From Fimbriosthenelais zetlandica (Eukaryota): a stretch of DNA of 64,000 nucleotides. Position 1 is the stretch's first letter. The number at the start of each line of letters is the position of its first letter. The translations under genes were made by a program, and so were the position numbers. Below are positions 13,620 through 38,917 of this stretch, piece by piece. The notes beneath the pieces were generated by a model, which was given only the letters and a program-made list of their open reading frames with translations, searched no databases and had not been told where the DNA came from. The stretch covers positions 26,102,001-26,166,000 of the forward strand of contig OZ365116.1 of the NCBI GenBank assembly GCA_977030845.1, in the 5' to 3' direction.

Positions 13620-13765
13620 GGGACTGGCTTCGGGCAGGTCCAGCGGCTTCGTATCGTGCTCGGGTTGGTCGCGCAAGGATCAGCCTTGGGCTTCGCCCGC
13701 GGCAGATCCTTGCGCGACCAACCCTCGCACGATACGGCCGCTCGGACCTGCCCTCAGCCAGTCCC
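13620..13765. repeat. Long imperfect inverted repeat (hairpin)
   Basis: GGGACTGGCT..GGGCAGGTCC..CGTATCGTGC..GGGTTGGTCGCGCAAGGATC pairs with GATCCTTGCGCGACCAACCC..GCACGATACG..GGACCTGCCC..AGCCAGTCCC around a GGGCTTCGCCC core. Confidence 0.9.
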
Positions 13766-14697
13766 TGTTATGTATATAATAGGCCTATATGGCGTTTACC
13801 AGCCTTGTGTCACCTAGCTTCAGTCTAACCTCTCACTATACGACCATCTAGAGAGATGTAGAGGTGTGTAAATGAATAATGAATGGTGAATTAAACCACT
13901 GAGATTCAATACGATCCACTCATAGACTTCACACCTATAGACGTGAGAGACTATACTCCCAGCCCCGGGGGGTCGGGGGGTGGGGGGTGGGATGGGGGGG
14001 GGAGGGGCTGTCTATAAAATAACTACCATTTAAATCACTATTCTCCTACCCGCATTCCAAACACTCTATAAATACCAAAATGTCTACCAACCTGGGTAGG
14101 ATTTATTTATAAATAGTTTTTCTCATTATTTTGAATTCCACCCATTTTTGATTTTCTACCTCGATATTGGAAAGAATTAATGTTCACAGCATTGCTATAG
14201 GGAATTGATAATGATGATTTTGTGAATGCATTGTGTTTTATTTAAGAATATTTGGGTCTATTCTTTCTCTCTGTGAGATGTTTTGAGGTCAATTTGTCCT
14301 GACGTGGACTCAGGAAGAAATGAGGCGAGGACTTAATTGATTGCTTGGAGTCAAAATTCAAAAAATAGAAAAAAAAATGAAATAAAAGTGTCACAGTACC
14401 TGAGGGTAGGCTGGGTCGACTGGTGCACAGACATGGAGAGAGGGAGAGGGAGGGAGAGGGAGGGAGAGGGAGGGAGAGGGAGGGACATGGAGGGAGAGAA
14501 TAAAACAAGGCCAGATACAGACCAGACTGGTTGGAGGAGAATATGTTAATATCTCAGACGGTTCTCTATTAATTTATAGCCTGATTATTCATCGCCTTTA
14601 CATTATTAATAACTTGTCTACATGTCTCCAGACATGGAGGAATCAATTTAAGTTTCTCCTGAGAAATCAATTTGCGATTACACCATCTCAAAAGGAA

Positions 14698-14834
14698 CCA
14701 TCTCAAAAGTTTTGTCTAATTTTAATTGCTTTAATTTGTCACCAGACCACCACCCCACCTCCTATCTTAAAGTATGACAAACAGCGGCTGAAGTCATGCT
14801 AACTGATATCCATGTGGTTTGTTCACAAATTAAA
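14698..14834 (+). mobile_element. MITE family A, partial copy
   Basis: ccatctcaaaagttttgtctaa...gtttgttcacaaattaaa is near-identical to 1169-1305. Confidence 0.8.
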
Positions 14835-15579
14835 CAATGCCTGTAACATTAACAATGCCCTTGTTGCATGACAATAAGTTCTCGTCATGACCTGAACTCA
14901 GGGAATTCTTCTCTGAAAACTTTAAATTAAGTCTTAATCATTTCTGACTTGCACAGTTTCAACAGAAGCAGTGAATGTCTTTGATAGGAGATCATTTGAA
15001 ATATAATTGTACCAGAGCGAACCCAGCAGATGGTGGTTTGAGTGAGGCATGTAGCATGTTGAGATTTTAAACATGTTAAGTTTAACATGTAAATTAACAT
15101 GCTAATTAACATGCTAATTAACATGCTAATTAACATACACTCTCACATGAAGTACAAGATAGCTTCAGAAGCTAGCAGCTTGACTGATTGTACCTCACTA
15201 CATGACATCTACCTTCATATTAATCAATCTGTTAATGGATATTCTGATCTTCACAGAGTCTAAATGAAGCTCAAACATTCCTTGTTATATTTTATCTTTT
15301 CAATCTTGAAATTTTCTACATTTTATCTTCTCAATCTTGAAGTCGCCATGTTCAGAAGATCTAATTTTTTCAATTAGAGACAGGTTTTTAGCAATTATAG
15401 GTTGGTTTTCTCATTTATTGTCATAAAGTGATTGGAATGTTTCTCACAAGATAGAAGATGGCTTCCTCATAACAAAGGGTCCATTTTTATTTTTACAATT
15501 TAACAAGTTTTTTTCCCCAATTATAGATACTTTTCACATCGGGAGGTATGACATTGTTTGATTTGTTTTAGGTGAGCCA

Positions 15580-15752
15580 TGATGGGGGGGGGGGGTGTGT
15601 TGGGGGGGGGGGGTAGACAGTGGTGGGGGTGGGGGGTGTTGGGGGGGGGGGGGGGGGTAGACAGTGGTGGGGGTGGGGGGTGTTGGGGGGGGGGGGGGGG
15701 GGTAGACAGTGGTGGGGGTGGGGGGTGTTGGGGGGGGGGGGGGGTAGACAGT
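15580..15752. repeat. G-rich degenerate tandem repeat (ggggtagacagtggtgggggtggggggtgttg)
   Basis: Three to four visible copies separated by poly-G tracts. Confidence 0.75.
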
Positions 15753-16140
15753 AGATGTTTTGTATCCCTCATGGCAGTGAGATCCAGCTCTGAGGTGAGA
15801 TCACAGGGATCCTGGCTGTGATTTGGATCCTTGTCTTCATCTCACCTCGTGTAATTAGAGTTCTACATGTACATCTCTCACGACACGGCCATGCTCCACA
15901 TCCTAACCTCCTCCCATACACCCCCACCATCCCCACCATCCCCACCTCCACCCCCACCTCCACCCCCACCCCCACCCCCAGCAACGACCAAGACAAAGCA
16001 GCCTGGAGAAAGGGGCTCCCTAAATGAAAGTTTATTTCTGTTTATTTTCATGTAATTGACGGTTTCCATGGCATTTTTCTCACTATCTAAAGTCTGTCCT
16101 GTTCCTATAGTTTGTCTGTCCCTGTCCCCATATCCCTCCC

Positions 16141-16240
16141 NNNNNNNNNNNNNNNNNNNNNNNNNNNNNNNNNNNNNNNNNNNNNNNNNNNNNNNNNNNN
16201 NNNNNNNNNNNNNNNNNNNNNNNNNNNNNNNNNNNNNNNN
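16141..16240. other. Assembly gap (100 N)
   Basis: Run of N. Confidence 1.
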
Positions 16241-16735
16241 GATGATATATAATATTGTGTGTATAATTTTAATGGCCAGTCATCTCTGAGTTTAGTTGTT
16301 ATTAATTATTTTACCAGGCAGCTGAGCCAGCCTCGTGTAATGTCTGTAGTAGATGTTTTATTATTACATGTAGACCTGTGGTCGGTAGAGTGTGATTTTT
16401 ATGTCTAAACCTGCCTTCATGGTTGTAGGATTTTTATACCAAGTGAAACCAGCTCACAGAGAGGGTGTTTTTTGTCTTTATCTTAGAAAGGACTTTGTCT
16501 TGTCTTATCATCTTGTCCCTGAGGGATCTGTGTGCATTATCAAGGTGCATTATTAGACTAACTTGGTGGGGGGTGGGGGGGGGGGGGGAAGGGGGGGATT
16601 AGGGTGCATTATTAGACTAACTTGTGATCCGAGGCTGACATGATGAACCACCAACAAAGGCTGGAGGCACGAGACGGCAGGTTGATGAGGAGTTGAGATG
16701 AGGTTTAGATGATAGTTGATGTTCATACTGAGATT

Positions 16736-16822
16736 GAGCTGTACAGGCCGGTGTTTGAGCTGTACAGGCCGGTGTTTGAGCTGTACAGGCCGGTGTTTGA
16801 GCTGTACAGGCCGGTGTTTGAG
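16736..16822. repeat. 21-bp tandem repeat x4 (gagctgtacaggccggtgttt)
   Basis: Directly visible. Confidence 0.9.
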
Positions 16823-17975
16823 ACTTTTATGGCGAAAATAGTTTATGAATAGACCACACAGAGAGTTATAGAGAAGTGGGATGGTAGGGGGTGGGGGGGG
16901 GGGGGGTGTACAGGTAAATAAATACCTGACGTAGACCTACCTGTTCACCAAACAGTGATTATATCGACACAAAACATCAGCTGATTGAACCTTGGTTTTT
17001 GAGCTGATTGAACCTTGGTTTGGATAATTGTAAATTTTATTTTTTCTGAGTTACACATGATTGTGTTGTGTACCAGTTTCACCCGGAAGTAGAGAAGGCA
17101 CTGATGCATGACGGGATATGTGAGGGCACATGTTGTCTAATGTCCCAGTCATTAGGCCGGGCTTTATCTGTTATAACAAAAGTAAAGCAAGGCTGGAATG
17201 ACTGACATATTGATCATGATGATATTGATCATGGAGATATTGATCATGATGATATTGATCATGATGATATGAAGTCAGAATATTGGCTTCTATACCGGTT
17301 CTTAGATTAGTCTATTTTACTTAATATATTTTATTTATTCCTTTACAAAAACCTGATTTTAATAAAATAACAGGACAAGCCCACTTAGAAAAATTGCGAC
17401 TAGAAGTTTTATTCTTCAATCTAATACAAAATGGCTATGATGGATTACATAATAATGTACATGTTGGATATTAGAAGTGACTATTGGTTTGTTTTGTGGG
17501 TTCGAATCTTCATAATATCTTAATCTTTTGACATATTGTTGTCTATTATTAAATTTAAAACAGCGATTTCATTTCAACATCTCTAATAATTGAATGTCAC
17601 ATTAAATATATGAATACAATGTGATAAAGAATTTAACTGTCGAATACTGGATAATAATATTTACATCTCTCAACTATTATTGTACAGTTTCTAATAATTG
17701 AATACATTATAATTTAAAGGGAGATTGAACAATGTGGATACTAGAGCTTGGGGTGGAGATAAGTTGAATGTAGTATTAATTACAGGATTGATAACTATAG
17801 ATGTTTGTCTGACAATTAGACACACATCCACGACTCTCCCCACTTAAACACATACAACATGGAACACTGCTTTATACAAAAATAGATTATAAATCATATA
17901 TTATAAGTACAGGATTTGGTTTATTATGGGCTTTAACATTACAATACTGGAATATCAACTATTTTATTTATTTAA

Positions 17976-30514
<12,539 letters not shown>

Positions 30515-31355
30515 TCTCTCCTGAAAAATAGGTAAAAAAAATAGAAAATATTATTTCTTTGTGAACAAATAAGCTTACAAGAAAGGTTGCTTCTAATATT
30601 TTTTTGGAATTAAGTTAGAAATTTTGTTATATTGTAAAATAATAATTTTACCTAATGAGACGCTCTTAAAATATTTCCTACAATAATTTAATGTACCGGT
30701 AATCTATGTTTTGGCCAAAGTAGCCCAAGAAACTGACTCCCTTCAGTCATAATCTTTAGGCTATAGGCCGGGGGCATTACAAGTTAGAAGCTAGGCCTAT
30801 AATTTTGGTCTATTTTTAAAGCTGGCATTGGTGCACAAGCCACAAGGGTATACAGATGTCACGGCTTGTGAGTGTGAAGTAAAGCTTTATTATTAATAAT
30901 GTAGCTTTATATTGGGTTGACACTAGTTAGATAATGCAGTAACAGCGTTATTTATTCATCATATATGAGGGTGTGGGTGTATTTTGTGGCGGTAGTCTCT
31001 GCTCCCCTCTCTCCGTGAAGTGAATGGTGAGTGACAGGTGATTGGTTGACAAGATGGCGGACAGCCGAGCGGGGAGGAAAATGAGGTCAAAACACGACCA
31101 GACACGCCCGTATAAAGAAATAAAGCCCACAATATAATGAAATATTACAGGAGGCATATATAAAACCCCCCAAATATCACATAAACCCGCCGGGAATATT
31201 TTAATAAAGACTCGGTTCAAAATTTACAAACATATGCAAATGAGTTTGCGCGCGGAGCTGTGCTGTCAGTAACTCCGCATTTACAAAACAAGGAGGAAAA
31301 TAGTCAGCCAAGAAAATACAAAACAGGTCTCATTAGAACCGCAAAGAATTATTAC

Positions 31356-31551
31356 CTTCTACTGTAGGGTGATACTCGGTGTGTGGGGCGCGGATGGTGG
31401 TATAATTGTGATTTTATGAGGAGATATTTCCGTTTTTCTCGGCGTCAGCGGGCCTGTCATTACCCAGCATGCCGTGCCACCCGTGCTGCCATCTTCCGGC
31501 TAACCCCGCTATATCCTCCATTATCGCTCACCTGATTCACGCTAAAACAAG
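31356..31551. promoter_or_regulatory. Bidirectional CpG-rich promoter / first non-coding exons of the head-to-head gene pair
   Basis: Minus donor AGAAG|gtaata at 31356 and plus donor ACAAG|gtaaaa at 31551. YY1-like GCCATCTT (31488) overlaps ETS-like CTTCCGG (31493). CpG is elevated against the flanks. Confidence 0.6.
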
Positions 31552-31635
31552 GTAAAACAATCAACATTTACTCCTCTTATAGATCATTAAGACCACATTA
31601 TCACCACTCATCATATACAAGACCCTCAGCTCGCC

Positions 31636-32589
31636 ATGGTTCCCGCAGTTATTGATAAACTCTTTGATTTCTTACAACAACAAAGACAGATATTCCAGGA
31701 TTATAAACTGACTGGGAATGATCGGAGGTGCACACTGACTCTGAGATTCTGTCATGAGGATTACCTGAACACATCAGCTGAGACTGTGTCAGCCCTCCCC
31801 TCATGTCATGATGTATCAGACAGGGAGCTGCCACTAACTGTAGACATCCCTGAACCTACAGAAGCTGATCAGGAGAGTGATTCAGGTCTACAGATGTCTC
31901 CTAACCCCGTCATGCGGATTAATAAATACACCCGACCCCAGGACCGGGAGTTGAGCAGTGAATCAGAGAATGGTAACACGGGGGTGTCAGGGGCCCCCAC
32001 CACCACCGGGGGGTTTAAATTCACACCTCCATTTAATGATAAGGAAGCCGGGAGTGAAGACACGGACGCCTCAGACAACACGGACTGTGACAGTGACGCG
32101 CGCAGTGAGGACAGTTTTGATGTCGTTTCTGTCGTTGATCCTGACGAGCCTTCTGACGAGAAGCTCGCAGATGAGGCGATACACGAGCTGGAGACTTCAA
32201 AAACATGTCACTCTCTCTACTTAAAGACTCAGGTGGCGGGACTCGCGGCTAAAGCTCGTGAAAACATCATGGATCAAACCAGAAACACAAAGATCGTGAA
32301 GAGAGCTTATCACTTTGACGGCGCGATGAACACCCTGATAGGCGTGAGTGAGGACATCATGATCAGACTTAACATGGATTCACACGACGACACGGCGCTC
32401 GGTACCATGAGGAAGTGGGCGCTCAGAGACACGGATAATAAGTCAGGCTGGCAGGACTGGTTTGAGGGGGAATTTAAAGAGAGTCGATATACGGTGCCTG
32501 CGGATGATGACCGGTACCCCACAGCCAGCAGAAAGATGGAGCATATACTCATGAACATTATGACAAAACTCAGAGACCAACTCAGATAG
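31636..32589 (+). CDS. Orphan 317-aa protein; single coding exon with an acidic/Ser-rich central linker
   Basis: Stop-free 954-nt ORF with higher GC than the flanks. Strong Kozak ctcgccATGG, preceded by a putative 78-nt 5'UTR intron (31552-31629). No family recognised. Confidence 0.7.
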   Translation: MVPAVIDKLFDFLQQQRQIFQDYKLTGNDRRCTLTLRFCHEDYLNTSAETVSALPSCHDVSDRELPLTVDIPEPTEADQESDSGLQMSPNPVMRINKYTRPQDRELSSESENGNTGVSGAPTTTGGFKFTPPFNDKEAGSEDTDASDNTDCDSDARSEDSFDVVSVVDPDEPSDEKLADEAIHELETSKTCHSLYLKTQVAGLAAKARENIMDQTRNTKIVKRAYHFDGAMNTLIGVSEDIMIRLNMDSHDDTALGTMRKWALRDTDNKSGWQDWFEGEFKESRYTVPADDDRYPTASRKMEHILMNIMTKLRDQLR

Positions 32590-33479
32590 ATTAACATTAA
32601 TCACTTAAAATATCACTCCGACAAATTCAACTCACAAGTTCTACAATGATGGAGTCGTGTTAGATAAAGTGAATTGTATATTTATGAATTAATGCCAAGT
32701 GATTTTTGTATTTAGTAATCATTTCACTCACTCTAGACAGACACCAAATTTGTTTCCCCAGTGGAAATAATTCTCAGTAATTGACTATTATTTTATAATT
32801 ATTTTTATGTATTTTTTCGGGGATGATTATTTATATTTCGCACAAGTCGTAGCTTTAATGAATCTAGTATGTATTTAAACTATGATGTAATTAATAAGAT
32901 GGGGCGGTTTTTGTATATGCAATTTATTAATCCTTTAACACTAACCGTATTCTTTATAATATCTGTGTTAATAATATAAATATAACTATCAATATAAATA
33001 ATTCTCAGTTGTAATATTTACCATCTATAAGTAAACTAGCCTATTGTAGCCGTAGAAAATTGATGCCTAATTTTCTCACATCAGTATTTTATATATCTAT
33101 TAAGGGTAAATTAATTGATGACACAAAGATAGAGAAATGTTTATTGTAGCCATCATGGGTGTGTGCTCATTGTGATAGACATTATACATGTAGCTCTATC
33201 AGGGCTCCACCTGCACCTTACAGGCCAGGAGATTTCTAACTCTATGTCCTAGCTTTTGACCCCCAGTGAAGCTTTTGACCCCCTTGTATCTTCCAACTAA
33301 ACTACCCAGTAACTGCCCGTCTTATTGGTCAATGCAAGATGGTTTGATACAATTTTCTTTGTAGTTTAGTATAAAACCCGTGTAGTAAATAATAATAATA
33401 GAGTTATATTAGATTTATCCCCACAAAACGATGTGATTTATAAGTAAAGATCGGCATTATATTTCTATGATACTTGTAA

Positions 33480-33762
33480 GTACATGTATATATGATATCT
33501 ATACATGTATGTATGATATCTATACATGTATGTATGATATCTATACATGTATGTATGATATCTATACATGTATGTATGATATCTATACATGTATGTATGA
33601 TATCTATACATGTATATATGATATCTATACATGTATATATGATATCTATACATGTATATATGATATCTATACATGTATGTATGATATCTATACATGTATG
33701 TATGATATCTATACATGTATGTATGATATCTATACATGTATATATGACATCTATACATGTCT
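33480..33762. repeat. 21-bp tandem repeat (~13 copies; tacatgtatgtatgatatcta)
   Basis: Produces the 7-aa periodic ORFs (MYRYHTY) in several frames. Confidence 0.95.
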
Positions 33763-34738
33763 AATTTAGATAGAGTGGTATAGTATGTAGGTGGATAATG
33801 TCATGAATTATCTAATTAAATATAACGGTAACTGTCTATAGGTGCTTTAATCAGTCAGTGATAAATAGAAATTAAAACCCGTGATTTAATAAACCGTCTC
33901 TAGCTACTGAATGTATGAGCTACACGTACGTGTCGACTCGTTAGGTTCTGTCCTCAGTAGTAAATAGTCTAGTTATTAGTATGTCTATCTATCTATCCCT
34001 CCCTCCTCTCTATCCCTCCCGCCTGTCCGCACATCTTAATGTGGAATTTTAAACTAAGGTCGAAACCACGATTGTCTTCAACAAAGCCTCCAGTCTATGC
34101 ACGTGAATGCCTGTTAAATTATTTTAATTTTAAATCTAAATCTTTCTAGACAGGATTATTTTGCTGCTTCCCAAACTTACTGACATCTCGCACAAAGTTG
34201 AACTCTGAATAATTTAATTTAAGTTTTAAATATTTTTGTCAGGGATATTTTAACGCCAAAGTGCTATTATACATATCAGCCGCCTACAGTAGTATGTGAA
34301 CATGATTCCCTTCAGTTTACTTCTCATTAGATGATCAGGGAGTTAATAGATTATATTGTATATTTATATCAAATCTATTACAAGACATCTTTCTGCTGCG
34401 TTCAAGTTTCCTAGGATTTTATTACTTTCCAGAATCACCAGTATCAAATTATTTAAAGGAACAAAAAGTTGTATTTATTTGGCATTGTATTAATTCAACC
34501 TTTGTTTGGGTTAAGTTGACGTTATACATTCTGACATAGAGCTACAATAAATGTAATATAAATATGTAATATACATTTTATCTTGTATTCTTGTATGTAA
34601 TTGTGCTTCTGGACAAATGAAAGCCTGAAGTCTGTCAATAAAATAAACTATTTAAAGATACAAACTAGGTTTGATGTTTTTATTATCGTTTAATAATTCA
34701 AAATGTTTGTTCATGCTTGTTCTCTTTCAAGGCACCCT

Positions 34739-34874
34739 CACACTAATCCCATTCTCCATCCGATTCCTGTCTGATACTATATTTCTGTCTGATACTATAT
34801 TTCTATTCACATCCAATGCTTGTAATGTTAACAGTCCCTTACACCTAGGTAAGGCTAACCACTGATACAATGTC
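34739..34874 (-). mobile_element. MITE family B, partial copy
   Basis: cacactaatcccattctc...ctgtctgatactatatttct (x2)...ctaggtaaggctaaccactga is the reverse complement of part of 38710-38917. Confidence 0.8.
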
Positions 34875-35427
34875 CATCATGTATCTGTTATTTTATCAGC
34901 CTTCTGTTCATCTCTGTGTGTTTTGTCTGTGTGTCGTCCGTGGCGCCACCTCGTGTGTTGGCGGTGAAGTTCATCTAGTCTAGTTCCTCCTTTACTCACT
35001 AGGCGTCACCCTCGTCTCTCCACCTCACCGCTCACTCTTATAGCCTCCCTCTACTGAATGATATCATAGACATAAATCAGTTATGTCTATGATGATATCT
35101 AATTATATTATATAATTAGTGGAACTTTTCTTTTGTGTTGTCACAAATCATCATTCCAATTTAGCGTGGAAAATTAATCATTATTGGCATGAATGCCAAT
35201 GTGCAGAATATTGGAAACTGATCTTATGTTAAGTGTAGACTAGTAGGCTCTCTGTTCGTGGGAAAATGTCATGAAGTAGAAATCGCATATGAAGGGGAAC
35301 ATATGTCATCTAGATTTGTCTTCATTTTCTTATTTTTATTCCAGAAAATGAATCCAATGCCTCTTTGTGACGGCGGTCGGCCTGGTTGCCCGCCAGTTCT
35401 AGTGACAATGGTAGGTGAACATTATAA

Positions 35428-36343
35428 TCCTTTAAAACAGATGGTGGTGGTCTGAGGCCCACTTTAATTTATGAACAAACTACATGGATATCAGTTAGCA
35501 TGATTTCAGCCGCTGTTTGTCATACTTTAAAGCCGCTATGAGAGAAGTCGGGCTTGGGATGAGTAAATTTTCCTAAATTTTTTGTTCTTGGTTGGTATAT
35601 ATAAAGTATACCTAAATCTTCGATGATAAATCCAGAATAGTGCAATTAGTCCACTTACAGAGGTAGTTTTAATGAAAATAGCGATTGTAAACAATGATTG
35701 AAGGTCCCCTACTTATGACCTACATTTTGACCGAGTCAATTCAAATATTTGGGGCATGAGCTTCGGGTGACCTATTTGTGTTGACCCAATTCTGCTGCGC
35801 ATGCTCAGTCGGGTGTATCCGTCATGTAACCAACTTACACACAAAATTAATCAAAAGGATATGGGTGATGCGAGCCAACAAAAGGGGGAAAGATTATTAG
35901 AATGGTTTTCAGAGTCGGCCAAGAAGCGAGCCATGAAAGATTACATGATCAGAAAGAACAGGGTGGTGGTTTGAGATTTTGACAAGTGAGCTATGTTTAC
36001 AAACACGCATTTGAATAACCCCGCCCTGTTGTGAGTCGGAGAACCTCGGTCATTTCCGTGGAGTTGTCGCGCAATGCATCATGGTTAGAGCCGAGCGCCA
36101 AGACCAAAACATGCCTCCATGATTTTAACCGTCTCTGTTCTTAATCCTCGTAATTTACGGGCCAAATACCCCATCGGTAAGCCGAATATCACATTTTTAC
36201 TGACACACATTGGTTGCCCTAGGTCTTTAAGGTTCATATATAGCAAGAACAAAATATGACCCGTCCTACCCCAGACTGTCTGTGACTTCTTTCATTGCAG
36301 CTTTAAGATATGAGGTGGGGTGGTGGTCCAAATTAAAGCAATT
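35428..36343 (-). mobile_element. MITE family A copy split into two halves (35428-35530, 36303-36343) by an insertion
   Basis: The left half ends gtttgtcatactttaa and the right half resumes ttaagatatgaggtgg, contiguous in the reverse complement of 1165-1420. Confidence 0.8.
35531..36302. mobile_element. Kolobok-like non-autonomous DNA transposon (772 bp, TTAA TSD)
   Basis: TTAA at 35527-35530 and 36303-36306. TIRs AGCCGCTATGAGAGAAGTC / GACTTCTTTCATTGCAGCT (16/19 match). AG...CT termini with a TTAA TSD are the Kolobok signature. Confidence 0.75.
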
Positions 36344-38709
36344 ATTATTAGATTTAGATGAAAAGTTTGCTCGTTTTTGAGATGTTGCCGATCCTGGCCT
36401 TGTATATAAGTGGCCTCACATTTGTCACAGCTGTCACGGAGCGCCTGACTTTCAGACCATGAAGTCTCTTTATAGAAGCGTAGAAAGCGTTTTTTACGTA
36501 TTTACAATATTCTCCAAACTTGTTTTTGTAGCCAAACGTGTAATTATTAGAATGATTGAAAACCGCTTCTGGAATGGTCTTATAATGTAGGTTATTACTG
36601 GAAACTTTAGGTGGTATTGGCAATGGTCGGGGGCTGGGGGGGGGGGGGGGCTATTAAAATTCTTTCCGCACTACTTCCACCTCTGATCTTGTCGTTACTG
36701 GGAACAATTTCCTGGGAACTTGTTATGAATTTCAATAGACGGAATATAGTGAATTACTAAATTAAAATTGTAAATACTCAACTAGGCCCCTGTATATTGG
36801 CACCTATAGGTGGGACATATAATCGTAGGTGACACATACATACAATGAACCAACATGGAATCTCCATTACTGGTCTGTCGACTGCCAAGTTGGTGACAAA
36901 AGAACTTAACAAAGAGAATAATTTAAATATAATATATAATATCTGTCCTTGAACTTTGCCATGAATTATTAAATTATAAGACAAAGATAAAGAAAGAGAA
37001 GCAATGACTCAGAGAAAGAGGAAGGAACTGATTTCCTCACATACACGCGTTATGTAGATTAGATGGTGGGTTAATTAGCTCACAGAGAGAGGAAGTATAT
37101 ACAATGACAACCTTTAATATAGAGTTGATAAAGTATGTTAAATATACATTATGTAGCTCATTATATCATAATCAGGGTTTAATATACAGTTGATAAACTA
37201 TGTATTATGTCGCCCATTAAGCCCATTATATTCCATGTAATAAGGAGCACACTCTCTCAAGCGTGTCGGCCCTGTCTGCCAATCCCACCGCCCATCTCCC
37301 CCAAATTATATCTTACACAATGAAACCTTTCAGTTCTGAAGATAAAATATAAAATAAGTAAAAATAAAGAAGTGACGTCATTGGGGGTTAAATATAATGT
37401 TGAGGTAGTGCACAGAAGGCAGATTTAGAATTAGTTACAAATTATATGGGAGGAAGAACCGGTCTCCCATGACATGGAAGATGCCATGTCATGTCATGCC
37501 ATGCTGGATGCCATGTCATGTCATGCCATGCTGGTTGTGATTTAGCTCTATAAAAATAGCCAATTAACTTGGAGGAATGAGTGCCCCACACCTCACTCTC
37601 TCACTCTGGTGGTTAAGATTACTGTCAAGTATGTTAATCAGGATCAATATAATAAGTCTGATCATCAGATTGAGATCTTGGCTCGTCTATATATATAATC
37701 CCCTCCTCCAGTAGGCCGCCATTTAGCTGACTCTACTCCTGTCAATCTTCTACAAGACTTGGCTGAATCTTCATATAACTAGAGGCTAAGATTTCAAGGC
37801 CTCCTGTGCCCTTCCCCCTCCCCTCCCCTATCCCCAGCCCCCCCAGTCCCCCTCTCCCCCCCCCCCAGATCAAACCCCCCTCCACCCACCCACCCACCCG
37901 CCCACCTCAAACTCCCCCGAGAAATCTTAAACTGATTTCTCAAATAAACATGGACCATGGAAACCAACAATCAATACTGATATGGCGCTGGACCCACTCC
38001 TCACACCCCCCGCCCCCACCCGGCCCCCTAACCCCCCCCCCCGGGCCCCCACCCCCCGGGGCCACTTCCTCCTCCTCTTACAACCCACACAGCTGGAGTT
38101 TGCTCCTGTGTTGGGAACCTGTTGTATTTGTATATTGAGGATGGTGGAAATGCCGGGCTGTGGTCAGGACTAGATAGATAGTAATATATCTCTATACATG
38201 AGTCTATATATCTATATATGAGTATATATTGATATACAAGCCGCCTAGTATGCTATAGGAACACGTGAGTGATTTACTCTACTTTATTTACTTCACAATT
38301 CATGTCCTACACATTCCGTATTCTTTATCAAATATTGACCTGAATTAATGGGCAATATATTGATTAATATTGATATTGGCTAACTCAATTATACTTGTGA
38401 CAACTATTGACTGACTCTTATCCAAGAATCAATATTACATTTGTTACTCTCTTAATTACTCAGATTTTTACTAAGATATTTATAAATGTTTTGAGCAATA
38501 TTATATATACATCAGTTTTCTATATGAATCTATGCTACATGATTAATTTAATGTACATTTTCATATAATACACCGTTCTATTGGGTACAGTTTGGTATGG
38601 TTGGCTAATCGGTTTAATATCGTATTACATTATTACCAGTTTATGTAGGATATCACTGAACCTGAAGGCAGCGACTTACATAAGTTAACTTAATCTAGGA
38701 GGTGAAGCT

Positions 38710-38917
38710 GCCCACACACTAATCCCATCCTCCAATCCGTCGCCATCCGATCCCCCATTTCTAATGACATCCAATGATTGACATTGTGTCAGTGGTTAGC
38801 CTTACCTAGGTGTAAAGGTCTGTTAACATTACAAGCATTGGGTGTGAATAGAAATATAGTATCAGACAGAAATATAGTATCAGACAGCCGGATAGAGAAT
38901 GGGATTAGTGTGTGGGC
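38710..38917. mobile_element. MITE family B, full-length copy (~208 bp)
   Basis: TIRs GCCCACACACTAATCCCAT / ATGGGATTAGTGTGTGGGC; related partial copies at 19301 and 34739. Confidence 0.8.

Larger units (their letters stand above)
10438..13765 (+). mobile_element. Crypton-like tyrosine-recombinase DNA transposon locus (exact ends uncertain)
   Basis: YR gene without RT, flanked by diverged direct repeats at 10438-10593 and 13495-13618 and by a 146-bp hairpin at 13620-13765. Confidence 0.6.

Noticed and set aside
33465-33769. MYRYHTY / MYDIYTC / MISIHVC ORFs
   Set aside because: Artefacts of a 21-bp tandem repeat.
36354-36623. 89-aa minus-strand ORF considered as a viral or transposase fragment
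   Set aside because: No recognisable motif and no clear splice context; unsupported without a search.
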